Below, in pieces: positions 57,617 through 64,000 of a stretch of DNA of 64,000 nucleotides. The position numbers and the translations under genes are program-made. Numbering within the stretch: the stretch's first letter is position 1; each line of letters begins with the position of its first letter. The stretch covers positions 162,474 to 226,473 of the forward strand of contig CAIKZC010000010.1 in NCBI GenBank assembly GCA_903831815.1, in the 5' to 3' direction. The DNA comes from an uncultured bacterium (GTDB taxonomy: Bacteria; Patescibacteriota; Minisyncoccia; Phycocordibacterales; UBA11359). The notes under the pieces were generated by a model. That model did not search any database and was not told the origin of the DNA. It was given only the letters and a program-made list of their open reading frames with translations.

Positions 57617-58483
57617 GTGGCAGTCGCATTTACAAAACCAAATATAAAGGTAGGGCAACCAGTGGTGGTTGTTAAATCCAATGGCGAGCGTGAACCGTTC
57701 AATGTTTTAAAGCTTGTAAACTCACTGCTTAATGCTGGCGTTTCTCCTACTGGTGCACAAAAAATCATTTCGACAGTACAAAGTGAACTTGTTGATGGCA
57801 TGACCACGGCGGAAATATATAAACACGCTTTTTTCTTGCTTCACAAAATGGAAAAGCAAAGCGCGGTGCGTTACTCGATGCGTAGGGCGCTTTCCGATCT
57901 TGGTCCGTCCGGATTTCCATTTGAAAAGTTTGTGGCCGAGATTTTCAAAGCTCAAGGCTATACTATCGAGACAGATCAAATGATCAAAGGTTATTGTGCC
58001 GAGCACGAGCTTGATGTGGTGGCTTACAACGACAAAAAGTTGATCATGACCGAAGTGAAGTTCCATAATCAAAACGGAATTAAAACCGATCTCAAAGTGG
58101 CTTTGTATGTCAAAGCGCGTTTTGATGACTTGCGTAAAATGCATTATCACTACGGTGGTCGCGATATGATGTTATCGGAAGGTTTGCTTGTTACCAACAC
58201 AAAATTTACCAAAAGCGCCATTAGCTATGCCATGTGCGCCGGTGTCGGCATGATCGGTTGGAACTATCCAGCTCGAGGCAACCTCCATGATTTGATCGTG
58301 CAACACAAAATGCATCCAATCACATCACTTATTTCAATCTCGGCTGATGAGAAAAAATATTTGATTGGACGCGGTTTCGTGCTTTGTTCTACTGTTATGG
58401 ATAAATTGTCCGTGTTGCATGAAGGCGGTTTCAGCCAAAAAAGAATTGATGATATTATTAAGGAAATCAAAGCGTTGCAATAA
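57617..58483 (+). CDS. ATP-cone plus Mrr-type PD-(D/E)XK endonuclease domain protein
   Basis: VVKSNGEREPF..KL...MTTAEI (ATP cone); GFPFEKFVAEIF..HELDVVA..EVKFH (Mrr_cat). Confidence 0.85.
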   Translation: MAVAFTKPNIKVGQPVVVVKSNGEREPFNVLKLVNSLLNAGVSPTGAQKIISTVQSELVDGMTTAEIYKHAFFLLHKMEKQSAVRYSMRRALSDLGPSGFPFEKFVAEIFKAQGYTIETDQMIKGYCAEHELDVVAYNDKKLIMTEVKFHNQNGIKTDLKVALYVKARFDDLRKMHYHYGGRDMMLSEGLLVTNTKFTKSAISYAMCAGVGMIGWNYPARGNLHDLIVQHKMHPITSLISISADEKKYLIGRGFVLCSTVMDKLSVLHEGGFSQKRIDDIIKEIKALQ

Positions 58484-58516
58484 GTTGTAAATTATTAAAA
58501 TTTTTAATTTAAAAAT

Positions 58517-59035
58517 ATGAATTTTTTTATCGCAAGTTTTGTACAGTATCAGGTCGTTTTTCTCCAACTTATTTTAGCTTTACTTCTCGGAATGGTACTT
58601 GGTGTACAACGTACTCTTTCTGGTAAAAATGCTGGGATGCGCACATATTCTCTGGTTTCGATGGGTTGTGCTTTGCTTGTGATTATTGCTCAAACTGTTA
58701 TTGCCACATATCCGACAAAAATAAATTTTGATCCGCTCTCACTTGCCGGCAGCGTGATGCAAGGTATCGGTTTTCTCGGCGCAGGTCTCATCATTTTTCA
58801 TGGCACCAAGGTCAATGGCTTGACCACCGCTGCCGGCATCTGGATCTCGGCCGCCATCGGTATTGCCGTCGGTTATGAAATGTATGCTATCGCTATTTTT
58901 GCCACACTTTTAACTTTGATCGTTTTCACTTTGCTCTGGACTTTTGAAAGCAAGGTTCGCACACGTTATGCTCACGATTCCATTTTTGATGATGCCGATA
59001 GTGAAGAAGATTCACAAATAATCAAGAAAATATAG
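58517..59035 (+). CDS. MgtC/SapB family membrane protein
   Basis: AGMRTYSLV, QGIGFLGAG, GLTTAAGIW. Confidence 0.9.
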   Translation: MNFFIASFVQYQVVFLQLILALLLGMVLGVQRTLSGKNAGMRTYSLVSMGCALLVIIAQTVIATYPTKINFDPLSLAGSVMQGIGFLGAGLIIFHGTKVNGLTTAAGIWISAAIGIAVGYEMYAIAIFATLLTLIVFTLLWTFESKVRTRYAHDSIFDDADSEEDSQIIKKI

Positions 59036-59047
59036 TATAATCGCTGT

Positions 59048-59887
59048 ATGGCAGGAAATAATAGTAACGAAAACAAACGAGCTTACAATCCAAAACGTAG
59101 TGCCGATTGGAATTATGGCGGCAAAAATTGGAAACTTTCTCGATCGAAGATAGACTTTTTTAAAGAATGTCCACGTTGTTTTTATATTGATAACAAATAC
59201 GGCGTGGCTCGTCCAAAAATGCCGGCTTTTACTTTGAATGTGGCGGTTGACGCTTTGCTTAAAAAAGAATTCGATACTCATCGTGTTGGTCAAACCGCTC
59301 ATCCACTCATGAAGAAGTATGGTGTTGAGGCAATTCCTTTTTCATATCCCGAAATTGATGCTTGGCGCGAAAATTTTGTTGGCATTCAATATCGTCACGA
59401 GGAGACGGGAATGCTCATAACCGGTGCCATTGATGATGTTTGGGTCAATCCGGCAGGGGAACTCATTGTGGTTGATTACAAGGCCACTTCCAAGGACGGC
59501 AAGTTGGATTCGTTGGATGACAGCAGTTGGAAAGAGCAATACCAGCGACAACTCGAGGTCTATCAATGGCTCCTTCGTCAAAAAGGTTTTAAAGTTTCTT
59601 CGACCGGATATTTTGTGTATGTAAACGGTCAAAAAGATCGCGCAGCTTTTGATGGTAAACTTGAATTTGAGATCACTCTCATTCCTCACACAGGCGACGA
59701 CAGTTGGGTAGAAAAAACTCTTTTAAATATTAAAAAGTGCTTGGACGACAAACGTTGTCCTCTGCCTTCCAAAACTTGCGAATTTTGCGCGTATCGTTTG
59801 GCTATGCATGATGCGTTAGTAACCGCAAAAGGCGAAGGCGAGACCAAAACTTCCGGAAAAGATCCCGAAAAGAAAACTCTATTTTAA
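59048..59887 (+). CDS. PD-(D/E)XK nuclease, RecB/AddB/Cas4-like
   Basis: LSRSKI..CPRCF, GAIDDV, VVDYK, QLEVY, C-terminal CEFC. Confidence 0.85.
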   Translation: MAGNNSNENKRAYNPKRSADWNYGGKNWKLSRSKIDFFKECPRCFYIDNKYGVARPKMPAFTLNVAVDALLKKEFDTHRVGQTAHPLMKKYGVEAIPFSYPEIDAWRENFVGIQYRHEETGMLITGAIDDVWVNPAGELIVVDYKATSKDGKLDSLDDSSWKEQYQRQLEVYQWLLRQKGFKVSSTGYFVYVNGQKDRAAFDGKLEFEITLIPHTGDDSWVEKTLLNIKKCLDDKRCPLPSKTCEFCAYRLAMHDALVTAKGEGETKTSGKDPEKKTLF

Positions 59888-59991
59888 CTGAAGACTTGTG
59901 GATAACTAGCTATTGTTTGTTAGTTCAATGAGTATAGTATTAAATCCAGATTGTTTAAACTTCCTGGTCCCTTTTTTTGGGGGTAACTATC

Positions 59992-60252
59992 ATGCCGGGT
60001 CCGAAACTGACTGAGAATGAACTTCATGAACACCTCAGCGAATTTCGTGTAAAGGCTTTTTGCCTGCGCAGCACTGACTTGTACAACGCTGTTAACCCTT
60101 CCGGTCCTTGGATTCCGCGGGATACTGCGTTGACGGATGAGCAGAAAAATCGGCTGATCATCTGTTTCATCCAGTTTCGCGGTTTGAAAGGCTTCGCTGA
60201 GAGATTGGCCGAAGAATCGGTTTCTCGGCCAGAATTAGAGGCCGTTGGGTAG
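59992..60252 (+). CDS. Hypothetical orphan protein
   Basis: GGGGGT SD before ATG 59992; terminator GGTGGG..CCCACC plus T-run at 60281-60310. Confidence 0.55.
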   Translation: MPGPKLTENELHEHLSEFRVKAFCLRSTDLYNAVNPSGPWIPRDTALTDEQKNRLIICFIQFRGLKGFAERLAEESVSRPELEAVG

Positions 60253-60324
60253 TGGCAGTGTGTCGCAGCGTCGAAGTTATGGTGGGTGCTCTCGGCCCAC
60301 CTCTTTTTTTGTTATAATCATTTT

Positions 60325-60942
60325 ATGCCGACTGATCTAAATACTAAAGAACGTGATGAGGCTTTAAAGCAAATCAAAGACGAAGTTTTGGTTTTGAAAA
60401 GCTCACCGCTATATGCCGAGCGCATAAAAAATGGCGCTTTTCCGGTGATAGGTGAGGGAAGTCACTTTGCCGAAATCATGTTTGTGGGCGAAGCGCCGGG
60501 TCGTAATGAGGCCAAAAGCGGCCGGCCGTTTTTTGGAGCGGCGGGCAAAATTCTGAATGAACTTTTGGATTCGGTTGGAATAAAACGCGAAGATGTATAT
60601 ATCTCTAATATCGTCAAGGATCGCCCGCCGCAAAACCGTGACCCGCTACCAGAAGAAATCGAGAGTTACGGCCCGTTTCTAGATCGACAGATAGAGATAA
60701 TTCAACCAAAAGTTATTGCAACTCTCGGGAGATATTCCATGGTCTATATTATGCAAAAATTTGGTTTGGGAGCTCAACTTGAGCCCATTTCCGCGGCTCA
60801 TGGCAAATGGTATGAAGCCAAAGCAAGTTATGGTATGGTGACTATTGTACCGTTATATCATCCAGCTGCGGCTATATATAATCAGCATTTAAAAGGTACG
60901 CTGAAAAAAGATTTTGAGATTATGAAAAAATTTCTTATATAA
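60325..60942 (+). CDS. Uracil-DNA glycosylase family 4
   Basis: FVGEAPG..E..GRPFFG, SNIVK.RPP.NR.P, LYHPAA; TATAAT 6 nt upstream supports ATG 60325. Confidence 0.9.
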   Translation: MPTDLNTKERDEALKQIKDEVLVLKSSPLYAERIKNGAFPVIGEGSHFAEIMFVGEAPGRNEAKSGRPFFGAAGKILNELLDSVGIKREDVYISNIVKDRPPQNRDPLPEEIESYGPFLDRQIEIIQPKVIATLGRYSMVYIMQKFGLGAQLEPISAAHGKWYEAKASYGMVTIVPLYHPAAAIYNQHLKGTLKKDFEIMKKFLI

Positions 60943-60951
60943 TGTAATTCT

Positions 60952-62472
60952 ATGGCAAAAAATAAATCAATAGAAACTCTCAAAAATAGATTGCGGGAGA
61001 TCGCGTATTTTACTTCGATCTCTGCCATTTTGCATTGGGATCAAGAAGTTCATATGCCTAAAAAAGCGATCGAATACCGCGCCAAGACAATGGCTGAAAT
61101 AAGTGCGATCATTCACCAAAAATTTACGGCTCTCGATCATGACAAATTATTGACTAATCTTAAGAACGAAATCCCGGAGGGGAAGTATTCTGATGAGGAA
61201 GAATCGCTTATTTTGGAATGCTGGCGAGATTATAGTCTAGAAACAAAACTACCGGAAGATCATGTTCGGGCAGTTAGCGAATTATCTTCAAAAGCGCATC
61301 ATTATTGGATTGAGGCCAGAAAACAATCGGATTTTTCTCTGTTTCTCCCGTGCTTAGAAAAAACTATAGCATTGCAGAAAAAGACCGCCGAATATTTGGG
61401 TTATGAAAAATCTCCATATGATGCTCTGCTTGATATTTATGAGCCTGGTATGACTACCGAAAAAGCTTTAGTTATATTAAATGACGTTAAAGATTTTCTG
61501 GTACCGTTTCTGGCCAAAATTAAAAAGTCTAAAATAAAAATCGATTCGAAAAAACTTTTTGGTAAATTTCCAATTGACGAGCAGATCGTTTTCAATAGAT
61601 TTGTGGCTGAGAAGCTGGGTTACGACCTAGATGCGGGAAAAATAGATGCCAGTACGCATCCTTTTACCATCACTTTTCATCAGACTGATGTTCGAATCAC
61701 GACTCGTTACAAAACCGAAGATGTTCTATATTCACTAGGTTCGACGATTCACGAAACAGGTCATGCGCTATATGAACAAGGTTTAATTGGGAATGATTTT
61801 GGCACACCGCTAGGACAGGCGATATCTTTGGGAATTCATGAATCACAATCGCGCATGTGGGAAAATAATATTGGCAAAAGTCTGGAATTTTGGAAATATT
61901 TTTATCCGAAACTGCAAAAAGCTTTTCCTGTGCCGTACAAAAAAGTTCCACTTCAGGAGTTTTATTCGATAATAAATAAAGTGACACCGTCGCTGATTCG
62001 AACTGAAGCAGATGAAGTGACGTACAATTTGCATATAATCTTGCGTTTTGAGATCGAAAAAGAACTTATTGAAGGAACACTTCTAGCCAAAGATGCACCA
62101 AAAGTTTGGAATGAAAAAATGAAAAAATATTTTGGTGTCACGGTACCGAACGATCGTTTGGGAATCCTGCAAGATGTTCATTGGTCAGGTGGATCATTTG
62201 GCTATTTTCCAACATATAGTTTTGGAAATTTGTACTCAGCCCAATTTTATGCGGCTATGTTAAAAGATATTCCGGATTTGACCATAAGATTTGCCAAAGG
62301 TGATTTTGTCGCGGCTCGCGAGTGGTTACGCAAAAAGATCCATGTTCACGGCAAGCGATACACGGCCTCCGAGCTTGTTCTCGAGGTAACCGGCGAGCCG
62401 CTATCAAGCAAATATTTTCAAGATTATCTAACTGAAAAGTATTCCAAGATTTACAATCTCAAAAATAAATAA
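60952..62472 (+). CDS. Carboxypeptidase M32 (Taq-type)
   Basis: HPF, DVRITT, HETGHALYEQG, HESQSR, IRTEADE, QDVHW, GYFPTY. Confidence 0.95.
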   Translation: MAKNKSIETLKNRLREIAYFTSISAILHWDQEVHMPKKAIEYRAKTMAEISAIIHQKFTALDHDKLLTNLKNEIPEGKYSDEEESLILECWRDYSLETKLPEDHVRAVSELSSKAHHYWIEARKQSDFSLFLPCLEKTIALQKKTAEYLGYEKSPYDALLDIYEPGMTTEKALVILNDVKDFLVPFLAKIKKSKIKIDSKKLFGKFPIDEQIVFNRFVAEKLGYDLDAGKIDASTHPFTITFHQTDVRITTRYKTEDVLYSLGSTIHETGHALYEQGLIGNDFGTPLGQAISLGIHESQSRMWENNIGKSLEFWKYFYPKLQKAFPVPYKKVPLQEFYSIINKVTPSLIRTEADEVTYNLHIILRFEIEKELIEGTLLAKDAPKVWNEKMKKYFGVTVPNDRLGILQDVHWSGGSFGYFPTYSFGNLYSAQFYAAMLKDIPDLTIRFAKGDFVAAREWLRKKIHVHGKRYTASELVLEVTGEPLSSKYFQDYLTEKYSKIYNLKNK

Positions 62473-62485
62473 TAAACTCAACTTT

Positions 62486-63754
62486 TTAAACTCGAAGGAT
62501 CCCCTTAAATTTGTCGTTATCATTATACTTACCGACAATTGCCATATTCAGTGTTTCGTTTTTTAAAATTTCCTTGGCTAATTTGGAGACATCGGCTGAC
62601 GTAATCTTTTCTATTTCAGCTTCTATTTCTTTGGGAGTTTTAATTTCCTGTTTGAAAATTTCTTGTGAACCGTAAAAATTGGCGAGTTCGTCGGATGATT
62701 CAAGACCTAGATACATATTGCCGATGAGATAGTCCTTTGCTTTACGTAACTCCGGTTCCGGGATTTTTTCATCTCGTATTCTTATTATTTCATCCAAAAT
62801 TCCCTTGATACCTTGCTCAACTCGACCTGAATCAACTCCGGCTGAAATAGTCAACGTACCATGATCGGTGTAATCGTTGATTCCTGAACGCACGTAATAA
62901 CAAATGCCAAGTTCCTCACGCATTTTCTGGAAGAGGCGAGAGCTCATGCCATTACCGAGTACTGCCGAGAGCAATCTCAAAACCGGCATTCTTTTGTCGT
63001 AAAAATCAAAAGTTCTGACACCGATAACGACATGAGTTTGATCGGTCTCTTTAAATTGAACTCTTGTCTTTGGCTCACTTTGTTTTTCCGTCACTTTTTT
63101 CTTTTTGTCATTCTGACTTGTTGGGATATCCGCAAAAGCTTTCTGAACTTTTTTAAAAATACTTGGCACATCAATATCACCGGCAACAACGATTGTCGTA
63201 GCTGAAGCGACATAATGCTCTTTACGATATTTTATAAAATCATCACGCTTAAAAGAAGTGACCGTTTCTTCGGTTCCAGCGATACTTCGTCCGGCCGGTT
63301 GATCACCATAAAGAAGCTCATCAAAAACTTCATGCACCAATCTTTGGGGCAAATCCTTGTACATATTAATTTCTTCCACAATCACGCCTTTTTCGGTTTC
63401 CAAATCATTGGCCGGAAAAGTCGGATGTAAATACATGTCAGAGATGATGTCCAATATCTTATCGGTATGTTTATTGTGAGCTCGTGCCCAATAGCAAGTA
63501 ACTTCTTTATCAGTAAAGGCGTTGTGCTCAGCGCCAAGAGAATCAAACTCACGAGAAATATCAATTGATTTCGGTCTTTTTTCCGTTCCTTTAAAGCACA
63601 TATGTTCCAAAAAATGTGAAATACCGTTCATTTGTCTACTTTCGTATTCAGAGCCAGCTTCAATTAGAGACATAACCGTTACGGAAGGCGCATTTTTTAT
63701 CGGCACAGCCATAATTCTTAAACCATTTTTCAAAATTTTCTTTTTGTAGTTCAT
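62486..63754 (-). CDS. M16 (pitrilysin-like) zinc peptidase
   Basis: GISHFLEHMCFKGT inverted zincin motif; SSRLFQKMREELG. Confidence 0.95.
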   Translation of the reverse strand: MNYKKKILKNGLRIMAVPIKNAPSVTVMSLIEAGSEYESRQMNGISHFLEHMCFKGTEKRPKSIDISREFDSLGAEHNAFTDKEVTCYWARAHNKHTDKILDIISDMYLHPTFPANDLETEKGVIVEEINMYKDLPQRLVHEVFDELLYGDQPAGRSIAGTEETVTSFKRDDFIKYRKEHYVASATTIVVAGDIDVPSIFKKVQKAFADIPTSQNDKKKKVTEKQSEPKTRVQFKETDQTHVVIGVRTFDFYDKRMPVLRLLSAVLGNGMSSRLFQKMREELGICYYVRSGINDYTDHGTLTISAGVDSGRVEQGIKGILDEIIRIRDEKIPEPELRKAKDYLIGNMYLGLESSDELANFYGSQEIFKQEIKTPKEIEAEIEKITSADVSKLAKEILKNETLNMAIVGKYNDNDKFKGILRV

Positions 63755-63826
63755 AATCCAACGATACCTCTAAATAGAGCCAAAATCAAATTTGGTAATA
63801 TCAACGATTTATTGTAGGATATGTCT

Positions 63827-64000
63827 ATGACGTCAGAAGAAATACGTTCCAAATTTCTGGAGTTTTTCAAAAAACGCGGGCACGCTATCATCCCTTCAGC
63901 TTCGCTTATTCCGGAAAATGACCCATCCGTGCTCTTTAATACTGCGGGTATGCAGCCCTTGGTGCCATATCTACTCGGAGCCAAGCATCCTGCCGGTGTT
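63827..64000 (+). CDS. alaS: Alanine--tRNA ligase N-terminus (3'-truncated by the window edge; absent from the ORF track)
   Basis: Translated by hand: [45 protein letters not shown]. Confidence 0.95.
   Translation, partial: MTSEEIRSKFLEFFKKRGHAIIPSASLIPENDPSVLFNTAGMQPLVPYLLGAKHPAGV

Noticed and set aside
59048-59887. Cas4-like nuclease as part of a CRISPR system
   Set aside because: No cas1/cas2 and no repeat-spacer array seen in the window; stand-alone PD-(D/E)XK proteins are common.
63751-63984. 77-aa minus-strand ORF
   Set aside because: It is antisense to the clear alaS N-terminus.

Overview
AT-rich bacterial chromosome segment with almost all genes on the + strand. Gene content and style suggest Patescibacteria/CPR, probably Parcubacteria; this is inferred from gene families, not from a marker search. 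The housekeeping backbone comprises uvrC, ddl, tRNA-Val(CAC), tRNA-Ala(TGC), gpsA, zwf/pgl, ychF, leuS, mltG, mnmA, a family-4 UDG, M32 and M16 peptidases and the start of alaS. Three accessory blocks stand out. (1) A variable region after tRNA-Ala (3.7-9.2 kb) holds orphans, an SF2 helicase with five C-terminal wHTH-like repeats, and a 37-bp direct repeat that looks like an att scar. (2) A surface-glycan locus (10.9-20.8 kb) holds a processive GT2, two GH26-like proteins that both appear to lack the catalytic nucleophile, a CE4 deacetylase ending in a dockerin, and a membrane-anchored cohesin. (3) A 5194-aa secreted protein has about 50 hybrid GLUG/polyglycine repeats, 13 FN3 domains and a C-terminal dockerin, and is followed by two membrane-anchored cohesins. 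The best candidate for an undescribed system is a non-cellulosomal cohesin-dockerin surface-display platform used twice in this window. A second window-wide pattern is that core genes look leaderless (-10 box about 6-8 nt before ATG), whereas GC-richer orphans are stand-alone units with -35/-10 promoter, leader, Shine-Dalgarno and terminator. All domain calls are from motif recognition by eye.
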